The notes under the pieces were generated by a model. It was not told the DNA's origin, ran no database searches, and worked only from the letters and a program-made list of their open reading frames with translations. Both the position numbers and the translations under genes were made by a program. A stretch of DNA of 64,000 bases from Pseudomonadota bacterium (lineage in GTDB: Bacteria > Pseudomonadota > Gammaproteobacteria > Steroidobacterales > MnTg04), in contig JADFSO010000009.1 in the NCBI GenBank assembly GCA_022560735.1, forward strand, positions 8,519 through 72,518, in the 5' to 3' direction. Below, piece after piece: positions 27,854 to 37,863 of the stretch. How positions within the stretch are numbered: the stretch's first letter is position 1; each line of letters opens with the position of its first letter.

Positions 27854-27927
27854 TGGAGCGGGTGATGGGAATCGAACCCACATTCTCAGCTTGGGAAGCT
27901 GATGTTCTGCCTTTGAACTACACCCGC
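27854..27927 (-). tRNA. tRNA-Gly (anticodon CCC)
   Basis: The reverse complement folds as a cloverleaf: acceptor GCGGGTG/CACCCGC, D stem GTTC/GAAC, anticodon stem TCAGC/GCTGA with loop TTCCCAA, T arm GTGGG-TTCGATT-CCCAT, discriminator U plus encoded CCA. Confidence 0.9.
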
Positions 27928-28066
27928 TAAGCTTTGCTTCCAGTAGTTTAACCAGACAGCCAGGGGACAGACTACAGTTATTGCCAGTTGACCCGGAAAA
28001 GTCGCTAGGCGGAAACAGTTTAGTACAAACCAAAACCGCCGTCTGTTCCCTGTTTTTGCCCTATTT

Positions 28067-29431
28067 TTAGGTTTGACTGAAATCCTTGTCCGTAAAAAGC
28101 CGCGGCAAATCCGGATCGGCCAGGCGATTCGTCAGCGCTCTGATTTTCCTGACCAGCATAGCGCGCGTCGCGCGCAAATCATCGATTTCACTTCCCAGGC
28201 GGGTCAACCTGAGTACCGACAGCATCGATACCAGCAGGCTCACCTCCGCCTCTATCAATCGTACCGAGGCAAAGGAACTGACCATTAGCGCTATCGCTGC
28301 AATCAATGCCCACCAAAATCCAAAATTTACACCGACAAATATCGCGATGATTGTATATAAAAGCGGCAACAGCAAAATCGTCGAAAATACCTTCAAAGTT
28401 GCGATATCGTCCATTTCATAGCTAAAGCGCTCGCCGACCGTTGCCGCTATCCAGCCGACCGGCAGGTGCAAAAGCGCACCGGGTATCGCCAGCGGCAACA
28501 AGGCGAGCATGGTCAGGCTGCGGACCATCACTTTACGAAACGCCCGGCCCAGCGTAACCGGCTGACGCAATTGAAAGTCTTTGAGGCCGAGCATATCCAG
28601 CCGCGCCTGGTAGTTTTCCAGCTCGTCGCGAAACGCCAGCATCTCCGGATCGTCTGCCGCCTGCAGATAGCCATCGACAAAACGCCGGTTCAACTCGATA
28701 TATTCCCCCGGGCGAAGGTCTGCCGATGCCGGTTTGTACAGACGTCTGGCGGTTTGTATGAAACGCAAGGTGCGCCAATCCGGTGCATTGAGTGTTACGT
28801 TGGTCAACGCCTCGGCGAGGTGTGCGGTCAATTTTCTGACCGTTCCCTGCTCGTCCTGGTTGTATTCCCTGACCCATTGATCGTCGATAACGATCGGCTC
28901 ACCAAACTCGATCAGCACCTGGCTCCTGAAACGGTGGCGGTTGATGTAATTCAATCCGCAGGGAATAATTTTGACCTTTGCTTTGCCGCGGGCGGTGACG
29001 GAGAGCGCGATGCGTGCCGTACCGGTTTTCAGTTTGATCAGTTGCGACTCGGCATGGCTAATGCCCTCCGGAAATATGCCCATGCAATTGCCGGACTCGA
29101 TAACTTCGTATAGCTTCTCAAAAGCCTGCGAATTATCGACCTCGCCGGCATGCTCCTCGCGCCGGCAGACAGCGACGGCGCCGATCGCATCAAGGACTGG
29201 CGCGAGCAGCCGATACTCCCAGAGCTTGGCGTTGGCCATGAAGTGCAGCGGCCACCGACCGCATTTCGCAATCAGCAGGAAACCGTCCATCAGTGCATTC
29301 GGGTGATTGCCGGCAAAAATTACCGGGCCATCGGCGGGTACATTCTCGATGCCGACCACATCGATCCGGCGAAAAAAAGTGTTTGCGATAATGCGAATCA
29401 GCGAGATGATCATACGCTGGAACATCGGCAC
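28067..29431 (-). CDS. PlsC-type lysophospholipid acyltransferase family protein with C-terminal membrane extension
   Basis: 454 aa. Acyltransferase motifs IFAGNHPNALMDGF and GIFPEGISH. C-terminal TM helices. Confidence 0.7.
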   Translation of the reverse strand: MPMFQRMIISLIRIIANTFFRRIDVVGIENVPADGPVIFAGNHPNALMDGFLLIAKCGRWPLHFMANAKLWEYRLLAPVLDAIGAVAVCRREEHAGEVDNSQAFEKLYEVIESGNCMGIFPEGISHAESQLIKLKTGTARIALSVTARGKAKVKIIPCGLNYINRHRFRSQVLIEFGEPIVIDDQWVREYNQDEQGTVRKLTAHLAEALTNVTLNAPDWRTLRFIQTARRLYKPASADLRPGEYIELNRRFVDGYLQAADDPEMLAFRDELENYQARLDMLGLKDFQLRQPVTLGRAFRKVMVRSLTMLALLPLAIPGALLHLPVGWIAATVGERFSYEMDDIATLKVFSTILLLPLLYTIIAIFVGVNFGFWWALIAAIALMVSSFASVRLIEAEVSLLVSMLSVLRLTRLGSEIDDLRATRAMLVRKIRALTNRLADPDLPRLFTDKDFSQT

Positions 29432-29482
29432 GCCTCGCTACATCCTCGGATTAATTCACTTTGCGATCTTGCCTGCTTGCTG

Positions 29483-31318
29483 TCAAATTTGCTTTTGCGC
29501 CAGTTTCCTTGACGCGCGTTTGCGATCGGTCTCTTTTAACAATTTCTTTCGCAAACGTATATTTTTTGGCGTTACCTCGAGCAGTTCATCATCATCGATG
29601 AACTCCAGCGCCTGCTCCAGTGAATAACGAATCGGCGGGGTAAGCACGATATTCTCGTCGCTTCCGGCCGCGCGGATATTGGTTAGTTGCTTGGCCTTGG
29701 TCGGGTTTACCACCAGGTCGTTGCCGCGGCTGTGGATACCGACGATCATGCCCTCGTAAACCACGGCGCCGTGACCCAAAAACAGGCTCCCGCGTTCCTG
29801 GAGATTGAACAGCGAATAGGCCAGCGCCTTGCCGGCGACCATCGAGACCAGCACCCCGTTGTTGCGTTGCCCGATCGTCCCCGGCACTTGCCGGTCATAC
29901 TTGTCGAAAACATGGTAGAGCAGCCCCGTGCCAGATGTTGCGGTCAAATATTCGGTTCGAAAGCCGATCAGGCCACGGGTCGGGATGCGGTAATCGAGCC
30001 GTACCCGCCCCTTCCCATCCGGGTTCATGCTGAGAAGTTCGCCTTTGCGACTTGCCAGGCGAGTCATGACGGCGCCCTGGTACGCTTCTGCAAAATCGAC
30101 GCTGAGATTCTCCCAGGGCTCGAGTTTGACGCCGTCTTCTTCGTGAACGATGACCTCCGGTCTCGACACCGACAGTTCAAAGCCCTCCCGGCGCATGGTT
30201 TCAATGAGTATTGACAAGTGCAACTCGCCACGCCCGGACACCCGAAACTTGTCCGGGTCGTCGGTTTCATCCATGCGCAACGCCACATTGTGTTTGAGTT
30301 CCTGCTCGAGCCGCTCCTTGATCTGCCGGCTGGTCAGGAATTTTCCGTCCTGCCCGGCAAACGGCGACTTGTTGACCTGGAAGGTCATGCTTATGGTCGG
30401 CTCGTCGATCGCCAGTGCGGGGAGCGGATCGGGGTGATCCACTGCGCACAAGGTATCGGAGATATTGAGGCGATCGATGCCGCTGAAAACGATGATATTG
30501 CCGGCATCCGCATGCTGAATTTTCTCCCTCTCCAGACCGTGGAAGGCGTGCAGTTCGAGAATCCGCGCCTTGCGAACCGATCCATCGGGAGTCACTACGC
30601 AAACAGTGGAGTTGGCCTGAATGCTGCCGCGTTGCACCCGCCCGATGCCCAGGACGCCCACGTAGGCGTCATAATCGAGACTGGAAACCTGGAGCTGCAA
30701 AAATCCATCGCGGTCTACTTGTGGAGCAGATACGTGTTCGACAATCGCGGTAAGCAACGGATTCATGTCTCCCTGGCGTATCGTTGAATCCAGTGACGAG
30801 TAACCGTGAAGAGCGGATGCGTAAACGACCGGAAAATCGAGTTGCTCGTCGGTTGCGCCAAGGCGGTCAAACAGATCGAAGGTCTGATCCAGCACCCAGT
30901 CGGGCCGTGCCCCGTCGCGGTCGATCTTGTTGATGACCACGATGGGCTTGAGACCGCTGGCAAATGCTTTTTGGGTGACGAAGCGCGTTTGCGGCATCGG
31001 CCCTTCTACCGCGTCGACGAGCAGCAGTACGCTGTCCACCATGGACAGGACGCGTTCCACTTCGCCGCCGAAATCTGCGTGTCCCGGTGTGTCGATGATA
31101 TTGATCAGGTAGTCGTTCCAGCGAATCGAAGTATTCTTCGCCAGGATCGTAATGCCGCGTTCCCGTTCAAGATCGCTCGAGTCCATTACCCGGTCAGGCA
31201 CGGCTGCACGCGGCCCCAGGGTACCCGACTGTTGCAACAACTGGTCGACCAGCGTGGTCTTGCCATGGTCGACATGCGCGATGATGGCGATATTCCTGAG
31301 ATGCTTGAGATTCAACAT
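29483..31318 (-). CDS. typA: Translational GTPase TypA/BipA
   Basis: 611 aa. [49 protein letters not shown]. Confidence 0.95.
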   Translation of the reverse strand: MLNLKHLRNIAIIAHVDHGKTTLVDQLLQQSGTLGPRAAVPDRVMDSSDLERERGITILAKNTSIRWNDYLINIIDTPGHADFGGEVERVLSMVDSVLLLVDAVEGPMPQTRFVTQKAFASGLKPIVVINKIDRDGARPDWVLDQTFDLFDRLGATDEQLDFPVVYASALHGYSSLDSTIRQGDMNPLLTAIVEHVSAPQVDRDGFLQLQVSSLDYDAYVGVLGIGRVQRGSIQANSTVCVVTPDGSVRKARILELHAFHGLEREKIQHADAGNIIVFSGIDRLNISDTLCAVDHPDPLPALAIDEPTISMTFQVNKSPFAGQDGKFLTSRQIKERLEQELKHNVALRMDETDDPDKFRVSGRGELHLSILIETMRREGFELSVSRPEVIVHEEDGVKLEPWENLSVDFAEAYQGAVMTRLASRKGELLSMNPDGKGRVRLDYRIPTRGLIGFRTEYLTATSGTGLLYHVFDKYDRQVPGTIGQRNNGVLVSMVAGKALAYSLFNLQERGSLFLGHGAVVYEGMIVGIHSRGNDLVVNPTKAKQLTNIRAAGSDENIVLTPPIRYSLEQALEFIDDDELLEVTPKNIRLRKKLLKETDRKRASRKLAQKQI

Positions 31319-31563
31319 GGATGCGGTGGCGGGAGGCGGAAAAGGCGCCGATTATAAATGAGCGGCCCGGTGAATTGATATGCTGTATTCGCGATAAGCG
31401 ACAGGTAGCGGATTTCGGTAAATACGTGGTCTGTCGTTCTTGAATCAATGATATGGTCACATCAGCTCGATTTTGCCGTCGAGGAGACCGCTCAAGGACC
31501 TGGATCAGGTGTTTTCTTGGTTATTAACCTTATAAAACAAGCGTTTGCGCAGGCGCAGCCAAG

Positions 31564-32307
31564 TTGAAGGCCTCTCTGATTGCCCTGGCCAGGGATGCGA
31601 TCTCCAGCCTGCGCGATCTCCTGCCGGTCGTCCTGGTAATCACCGTATTTCAAATGTTTGTGTTCCATACGCCCGCCTCGGGCCTGATGTCGCTGGCCGC
31701 CGGCGGTTTTCTGGTCGTTGCGGGTCTCACATTCTTCATATTCGGGCTGCGGCTCGCCTTGTTTCCGATTGGGGAAGGGCTCGCCCATGCACTGGCAAAA
31801 AAAGGCAGCGTGTTCTGGCTGGTCCTGTTCGCTTTTGCCCTTGGCTTTGGCACGACCATCGCCGAGCCTGCGTTGATTGCGGTTGCCGCAGAGGCAGCGG
31901 AAGTCGCGGCTGGAGCGGATGCAATCGTATGGTCCGCCGAATCTCAGAATAGCTACGCGCTGGGGTTGCGGATGACGGTCGCGCTGGCCGTCGGTGTCGC
32001 CCTGGTCGTGGGCGTAGTCCGAATATTGGCCAACTGGTCGTTGCCGATCATGATTATCAGCGGATACTTCCTGGTTATCCTGCTGACGACGATTGCGCCC
32101 AAAGACATCATCGGCATTGCCTATGACTTAGGTGGCGTGACGACATCCACGGTTACCGTGCCGCTGGTCACGGCGCTCGGTGTCGGTCTCGCGAGTTCGC
32201 TCAAAGGGCGTAATCCGATGACCGATGGATTTGGCCTGATTGCGTTCGCCTCGCTAACCCCGATTTTGTTTGTGCTTGTCTACGGAATAATCGTGCAATG
32301 GAGCTGA
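31564..32307 (+). CDS. DUF1538-like polytopic membrane protein (paralogue 1)
   Basis: 247 aa, TTG start. Shares AEPALIAV and [23 protein letters not shown] motifs with the next gene. Confidence 0.65.
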   Translation: MKASLIALARDAISSLRDLLPVVLVITVFQMFVFHTPASGLMSLAAGGFLVVAGLTFFIFGLRLALFPIGEGLAHALAKKGSVFWLVLFAFALGFGTTIAEPALIAVAAEAAEVAAGADAIVWSAESQNSYALGLRMTVALAVGVALVVGVVRILANWSLPIMIISGYFLVILLTTIAPKDIIGIAYDLGGVTTSTVTVPLVTALGVGLASSLKGRNPMTDGFGLIAFASLTPILFVLVYGIIVQWS

Positions 32308-33116
32308 TCGTCTCCAGCATCGGGTTCATTGCCAACAGCGCTGTCGATGTGTTGCCGATTGCAATATTCCTGTTTGCCTTCCAGCGGCTGGTTATCGGCG
32401 GGCCGATGCCAAACCGGAAACAGATTTTGGTCGGTTTTCTTTTTGTCGTTATCGGGCTCGGTCTGTTTCTGGCCGGGTTGGAGCAAACGCTGTTTCCATT
32501 GGGTCGCCTGATGGCAAAGCAACTGACCGACCCCGAGTTCCTGCAAGCGGTTGCAGGACAAGGCGCGTCGGCCCTCGTCTGGCAGGACTATTACTGGGTC
32601 TATTTGTTCGCACTCGCCATTGCATTCAGCACGACACTTGCGGAACCGGCATTGATCGCCGTTTCCATGAAAGCGAATATGGTGTCAGGCGGCGCGATCG
32701 GCGTATGGGGTCTGCGTGTCGCCGTGGCGATCGGTGCCGGCGTCGGGGTGAGCCTCGGCTGTTTTCGAATCATTACGGGCCTGCCATTGCATTACTTTAT
32801 CGGCGCTGCATACCTGGTGGTCATTGTCCAAACAGCGATTGCGCCAAAAATGATCGTGCCGCTGGCGTATGATTCCGGTGGCGTGACGACGTCTACGGTA
32901 ACGGTTCCTATCGTTACGGCGCTCGGGCTCGGGCTTGCCGAGGCGATACCGGGGCGCAGCCCGTTGCTGGACGGCTTCGGCCTGGTGGCTTTTGCGGCCC
33001 TGTTTCCGATAATTTCGGTCCTCGCATACGGCCAGTTCGCAGCATTCAAAAACCGAGTCTCCAAATCCGATCCGGATGAACGAGACCCAGAACAGGAAAA
33101 CAACCATGCACTTTAA
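32298..33116 (+). CDS. DUF1538-like polytopic membrane protein (paralogue 2)
   Basis: 272 aa. AEPALIAV and [23 protein letters not shown]. The start overlaps the upstream stop by 10 nt. Confidence 0.65.
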   Translation: MELIVSSIGFIANSAVDVLPIAIFLFAFQRLVIGGPMPNRKQILVGFLFVVIGLGLFLAGLEQTLFPLGRLMAKQLTDPEFLQAVAGQGASALVWQDYYWVYLFALAIAFSTTLAEPALIAVSMKANMVSGGAIGVWGLRVAVAIGAGVGVSLGCFRIITGLPLHYFIGAAYLVVIVQTAIAPKMIVPLAYDSGGVTTSTVTVPIVTALGLGLAEAIPGRSPLLDGFGLVAFAALFPIISVLAYGQFAAFKNRVSKSDPDERDPEQENNHAL

Positions 33117-33456
33117 ACTTATCATTGCCTTCGTTGAAGACAAAAAAACGGATGACATCATGGAAGCCGCTCGCGAAGCGGGTGCGACAGGATGCACGGT
33201 CATTACCAACGCCCGCGGGGAAGGGATAAAGGAGAGCAAGACCTTTTTCGGCCTGACCCTGGCAACTCAACGCGACGTTGTGCTGCTGCTGGTCGAGGAG
33301 CATCTGAGCCGGCATATACTCGAACACATTGGAGAAGTTGGTGAGTTCGATGCCAAACCGGGTACCGGCATCGCCGTACTCATCGATGTCGAAGACGCGG
33401 TTGGCGTAATGCACCAGGCAGAAGAACTCGGGGAAATTGTGGAGGAAAAACTATGA
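33106..33456 (+). CDS. PII-like (GlnB superfamily) signal-transduction protein
   Basis: Start [40 protein letters not shown] at 33106 with an AGGAAA SD. Beta-alpha-beta PII pattern with a short T-loop. Overlaps the upstream gene end. Confidence 0.65.
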   Translation: MHFKLIIAFVEDKKTDDIMEAAREAGATGCTVITNARGEGIKESKTFFGLTLATQRDVVLLLVEEHLSRHILEHIGEVGEFDAKPGTGIAVLIDVEDAVGVMHQAEELGEIVEEKL

Positions 33457-33857
33457 CCATTCAAAACTGGGGCCCCGTGCGAGATTGCATGCGTACGGAT
33501 GTGACGGAGGTTGACGGCCAGCTCGACGTTCTTTCTGCGCTGAAAATAATGAAAAAAGTCGGCGCGACCAGCCTGATCGTCAAACGTCGCAATGAGCACG
33601 ATGAGTACGGGTTGCTCCTGTTCTCCGATATTGCCAAGAAGGTAATCGCGAAAAATCGCGCACCGGAACGCGTGAATGTCTATGAAGTTATGGCCAAACC
33701 GGTCCTGACTGTGCGGCCCGATATGGATATTCGCTATTGCGCTCGATTATTCGACAATTTCGGCATCAGCCACGCGCCGGTCGTCGAAAACGAAAAAATC
33801 GTCGGCCTCGTCAGTTATTACCTGCTGGTGCTGCAGGGCTTGCCCGACCTCGACTGA
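33453..33857 (+). CDS. CBS-pair domain protein
   Basis: 134 aa with two CBS motifs (..VMAKPVLTVRPDMDIRYCARLFDNFGISHAPVVENEKIVGLVS). ATGA start/stop overlap with the PII-like gene. Confidence 0.7.
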   Translation: MTIQNWGPVRDCMRTDVTEVDGQLDVLSALKIMKKVGATSLIVKRRNEHDEYGLLLFSDIAKKVIAKNRAPERVNVYEVMAKPVLTVRPDMDIRYCARLFDNFGISHAPVVENEKIVGLVSYYLLVLQGLPDLD

Positions 33858-33858
33858 C

Positions 33859-33941
33859 AAAAAAAGGGACGGATTTATTTTTCTCGTATTGCTATCAATG
33901 GCCGGACACGATTTTATGGAAAAATAAATCCGTCCCCTTTT
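33859..33941. repeat. Inverted pair of the GGG(G)AC(A/G)GATTTATTTT element
   Basis: AAAAAAAGGGACGGATTTATTTTT (33859..33882) and its complement GGAAAAATAAATCCGTCCCCTTTT (33918..33941), separated by about 35 nt. Begins 2 nt after the CBS gene stop. Confidence 0.8.
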
Positions 33942-34109
33942 ACAGAGACTTCTGTTATAGTCCGCCGCGTTCTGGCGCACATCGGTCTGCGCCATTCGCT
34001 CCAGCCCAGCAATTCCGCGGGTTCCGGAGCTACCTGATAATCAAGCCTGGACCGAACCACGCGCGGTATATGCCGCCATCGTGTCAGGCGATCCTGGAGT
34101 ACAAACACA

Positions 34110-35390
34110 ATGTTATTCAATCAACTCGGCCTGTCGGCCGAATTGCTGCGTGCGGTCGAGGAACAAGGCTATAGCAAGGCAACCCCGATCCAGCAGCAAG
34201 CCATACCTTTAATCCTTGAAGGCCGGGATATTCTCGCCGGCGCCCAGACGGGCACCGGCAAGACCGCCGGCTTCACTTTGCCGCTGTTGCAGCGGCTGCA
34301 GCAGTCCCCATCCGGCAAGCGCCGCGTGCGCGCGCTCATTCTCACGCCAACCCGTGAACTCGCCGCGCAAGTCAGCGAGAGCGTACGCGACTATGGCCGT
34401 CACCTGCCATTCAAGCCAATGGTGATTTTTGGCGGCGTCAGCATCAATACCCAAATTTTCAAACTGCGGAAGGGCGCCGACATCGTAGTCGCCACGCCCG
34501 GTCGCCTGCTCGATCACATGCAAAGGGGCACGATCGATCTCGGTGGGGTCGAGATCCTGGTGCTCGATGAGGCCGATCGCATGCTCGATATGGGCTTTAT
34601 CCGCGACATACGCAAGATCCTCAAAGAACTGCCGAAAGAACGTCAGAACCTGTTGTTCTCTGCAACGTTCTCGAAAGAGATCAGGCGGCTCGCGGCCGAC
34701 TTGTTAAACGCACCGACCGAGATCCAGGTCGCGCAGCGCAATACGACGGTCGAGCTGGTCACCCAAATCGTGCACCCGGTCGATCGCAGCCGCAAACGCG
34801 AACTGCTGTCGCACCGCATCGGCGCGGAGAACTGGCGACAGGTGCTGGTTTTCACCCGCACCAAGCACGGCGCCAACCGTCTTGCCGAACAGTTATCGGG
34901 CGATGGGCTCAAGTCCGTGGCGATTCACGGCAACAAGTCGCAAGCCGCGCGGACCCGTGCGCTCGCCGATTTCAAGGCCGGCGTGGTCCGGGTGCTGGTC
35001 GCGACCGACATCGCTGCGCGCGGTCTCGACATCGATCGGCTGCCACACGTCGTCAATTACGAGTTGCCCAACGTCCCTGAAGACTACGTGCATCGTATCG
35101 GGCGCACGGCACGAGCCGGTCAGGAAGGTCATGCCGTATCGCTAGTCTGCGTCGATGAACACAAGCTGCTGGGCGATATCGAGCGCTTGCTCAAATGCAA
35201 GATTGAAAAGCAAATTATCCCCGGCTATGAACCGGATCCGCGGATCAAGGCGGAACCGATTCGACAAGGTCGTAATCAACGGCCTGCCGGCCGAGCCAAC
35301 GGGTCGCGCAAGAAGTTCAGAGCCGGTGCGGCACATGCTCATGGCGGACATCGCCATCGTTCATCGAGCCGCCAGCGACGCGCGGGATAG
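34110..35390 (+). CDS. rhlE: DEAD-box ATP-dependent RNA helicase RhlE
   Basis: 426 aa. Q motif, [34 protein letters not shown]. Basic C-terminal tail. Confidence 0.9.
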   Translation: MLFNQLGLSAELLRAVEEQGYSKATPIQQQAIPLILEGRDILAGAQTGTGKTAGFTLPLLQRLQQSPSGKRRVRALILTPTRELAAQVSESVRDYGRHLPFKPMVIFGGVSINTQIFKLRKGADIVVATPGRLLDHMQRGTIDLGGVEILVLDEADRMLDMGFIRDIRKILKELPKERQNLLFSATFSKEIRRLAADLLNAPTEIQVAQRNTTVELVTQIVHPVDRSRKRELLSHRIGAENWRQVLVFTRTKHGANRLAEQLSGDGLKSVAIHGNKSQAARTRALADFKAGVVRVLVATDIAARGLDIDRLPHVVNYELPNVPEDYVHRIGRTARAGQEGHAVSLVCVDEHKLLGDIERLLKCKIEKQIIPGYEPDPRIKAEPIRQGRNQRPAGRANGSRKKFRAGAAHAHGGHRHRSSSRQRRAG

Positions 35391-35413
35391 GAAAAAGGGG
35401 ACAGATTTATTTT
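35391..35413 (+). repeat. GAAAAAGGGGACAGATTTATTTT element
   Basis: 23/23 identical to 63498..63520. Starts on the base after the rhlE TAG and contains the TAA stop (35407..35409, minus strand) of the convergent gene. Confidence 0.85.
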
Positions 35414-37650
35414 TTGCGTAGCCAGAACTGGTACATGCCGACAAAGGTCTCGGGATGCCGTTGCTCGTAGTCATGCCAGTTGTCGAGGCTGGTCATGTCC
35501 GGGTCATCCGGACAGGCATCGCGGTATTGTTGCGCGGTGCTCGCGAAGCCGTGTTCGAAACCCAGAAACTCGAGATCGAGGTTGGCGAGAATTTCCTTTA
35601 TTTGCGGCAGCGTGAAGCGGTGCTCCTGGACATGAAACAGCAGGTCACGGCACAAGGATAAGCTGAAAAAATCACGGCTTTGCGCCACCGGTCTTGCCGG
35701 GTGATCGGCGGCCAGTGAAAAAATTGCCTGCCGGCATTTACGAATTCCATCGGCGGTAGCCGCAAAACCCCGTTCATCGATCAATGCACGCGCCGCGACC
35801 ACCGGCTGCCTGGCCAGATCGCTGTACAGGCCGATACGCATCAGGCCACCCGGCTTGAGCAAACCGCCGAGTACCGCCCAGCCCCTTTTTGGTTCCGCCA
35901 TATGATGCAGCACACCGCTGCAGTCGATAATATCGAACCGTTCATTGAGCGCCGCCAACTCAAGCACATCCGCCTGGACGAACTCGATATTCTCGATACC
36001 CAGCTCATCGGCTTTGCGGCGGGCGAAGGCAAGACTGGCCATGCTGAGGTCAATCGCCAGGGTCGTTGCGCCGGCAAACCTGGCGGCCGTTTCAAATGCA
36101 TTGCGACCGGTGCCGCACCCGGCAACGAGTATCCGCGGCTCGTTCGGCGATGCAATTTCCGATAGATCCCGAGCGCGAAAAACCTGGCGCATGACCTCGG
36201 CTACTCTTTTTGGCTCCGCCGCGGTGTACTCCGCCCAACGTGGGTACGGATTTTCTTCATACTGGTGTTGCACCGCCAGCGAAACAGCATCGCTGACCTC
36301 GCCCATGCGAGGAATATCCTGCGCCAGTACCGCTTCTGTTTGCGGTTCGTCGATCTGGGCGCGCGCCAATGCCTGCAAAACTTTGTTACCGGACCGGCGG
36401 GCAAGCTCGTGTATTTCGGCCGCGGCGAACCACTGTTCCAGCGGCGCGTAACAGGCCAGCAGAAATACGCCGGCCGGTACCGTATCGGATCGGTTTATCG
36501 ATGATTTCAACTCGGCTGCCAGCGCCTGCGTTTTCTGCTGTTCCTGCTCGCCGACCCGCCAAACGAATTCGTTGAACCAGCATTGTGTTGCCAGCGTTTC
36601 GCACAGGCGACTCGATTCCTGGCCGGCCGCAGGCCGGTCCGAAAATTTGTCGAGCAATGCACGTCTGCACCCGGTCAGCAAATGCTCCAGCTTTTCATCG
36701 CCAACGATGCACTGGCCGAGCAGCGCCTGCAGCAACGGGTCGGCAAGTCGCCCGCCCAGATCGTCGAGTACGATCGCGGCGTCGTCCCGGTCCGCCCAAT
36801 CGGCCGGCAATGTGAATGCGCCACCGACGCTCGGGTCGTTTTTGAGCAGGCTGAGCGCAGGCAACGCCAGGTGCTGATAATCGATGCCGTCTTTTGCAAA
36901 GCAATCGATCAGCAGCGATTTCAGATTCGCATCGAAACCAGTGAACTCCGTGGCTCGCATCGCCTGGGCCAGCCCGGTCCAGAAGCGCAGCGTGGCCGGC
37001 TCGTTCCGTACCGCCGCCCGGTATGCGCCAAGGGCTTCATCGTGCCGACCGGCCTGATCCAGCGCATTGGCGAGGTGGTGGTGGGCCGCGGCATAATCGG
37101 GCCTGGTTTGTATGGCGGCCTGGAAACCCGCAATTGCGGCGACTAAATTCTGCTGTTCGTGCAGCACGATCGCCTTGTTGTGCAAAGCCTCGGCATCGCC
37201 GGGGTTGATCGATAATGCACGGTCGTATGCAGCGATCGCCTGTTCCGGTTTGCCCAGCGAATGACAAACGATACCGAGGTTGTACCAGGCATCCTGGTGG
37301 CGAGGATCCAGTTCAATCGCCTTGTGATATTCCTTGAATGCCTGATCGTCACGCCTTGCATCGCGATATGCATTACCCAGGTTCGAATGCATCGCCGCGA
37401 CGTTGCCCTGGATGGCGATCGCTTTTTCGAGACAGTCAATCGCGCCATCGGCATCGCCTTGCTGGCGCATTGCAAGACCGAGCAGATGCAAGGCATCCGG
37501 ATTCTCGGGCTGGCTGGCGAGAACCTGGCGATAAACAGCTATCGCATCGCCTGCCCGGCCGCCCTGGTGCAGCGCGATGGCATTTTGCATCACCCGGGCA
37601 ATCTGGTCGTCCTGTACTGTCATTGATCTGCGCGTATCCGCTGCCCGCAC
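35407..37650 (-). CDS. TPR-repeat + class I SAM-dependent methyltransferase fusion protein
   Basis: 747 aa. N-terminal TPRs (ALHLLGLAMRQQGDADGAIDCLEKAIAI...). C-terminal methyltransferase motif I ILVAGCGTGRNAFETAARF and ..DCSGVLHHM. Confidence 0.75.
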   Translation of the reverse strand: MRAADTRRSMTVQDDQIARVMQNAIALHQGGRAGDAIAVYRQVLASQPENPDALHLLGLAMRQQGDADGAIDCLEKAIAIQGNVAAMHSNLGNAYRDARRDDQAFKEYHKAIELDPRHQDAWYNLGIVCHSLGKPEQAIAAYDRALSINPGDAEALHNKAIVLHEQQNLVAAIAGFQAAIQTRPDYAAAHHHLANALDQAGRHDEALGAYRAAVRNEPATLRFWTGLAQAMRATEFTGFDANLKSLLIDCFAKDGIDYQHLALPALSLLKNDPSVGGAFTLPADWADRDDAAIVLDDLGGRLADPLLQALLGQCIVGDEKLEHLLTGCRRALLDKFSDRPAAGQESSRLCETLATQCWFNEFVWRVGEQEQQKTQALAAELKSSINRSDTVPAGVFLLACYAPLEQWFAAAEIHELARRSGNKVLQALARAQIDEPQTEAVLAQDIPRMGEVSDAVSLAVQHQYEENPYPRWAEYTAAEPKRVAEVMRQVFRARDLSEIASPNEPRILVAGCGTGRNAFETAARFAGATTLAIDLSMASLAFARRKADELGIENIEFVQADVLELAALNERFDIIDCSGVLHHMAEPKRGWAVLGGLLKPGGLMRIGLYSDLARQPVVAARALIDERGFAATADGIRKCRQAIFSLAADHPARPVAQSRDFFSLSLCRDLLFHVQEHRFTLPQIKEILANLDLEFLGFEHGFASTAQQYRDACPDDPDMTSLDNWHDYEQRHPETFVGMYQFWLRKK

Positions 37651-37863
37651 GAGCCGGTGGCGCGACTATATAACAGCGGCGCATGCCGCGCATCGCACGC
37701 GACAGCGCATACGATCTCTATAAAATCGACGAATTGGCGCCAATAACTGGCGACAGCGGGCTGGACAAGGGTATCATCGCCGGCCCCCGCAGGAGATTTT
37801 GCCCCCGCGAGCTGGCTGGCCCAGCCTGATAATTAATGGATTTCCGCTGTCGAAGGAAAATGA

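Larger units (their letters stand above)
24671..27927. mobile_element. Decayed tRNA-Gly-integrated genomic islet (about 3.2 kb)
   Basis: Bounded by the 44-bp direct repeat. Integrase and IS3 fragments lie next to the tRNA. The left 600 bp looks AT-richer by eye. Flanked by core genes. Confidence 0.8.

Noticed and set aside
27713-28033. 106-aa minus-strand ORF
   Set aside because: It runs straight through the tRNA-Gly gene and the IS3 fragment. The tRNA cloverleaf explains the sequence.
33737-34174. 145-aa and 82-aa ORFs (33737..34174 plus strand, 33747..33995 minus strand) spanning the CBS-rhlE intergenic region
   Set aside because: They are built across the inverted repeat element (translated as KKGTDLFF / KNKSVPF). 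This is a repeat-derived open frame, not a gene.
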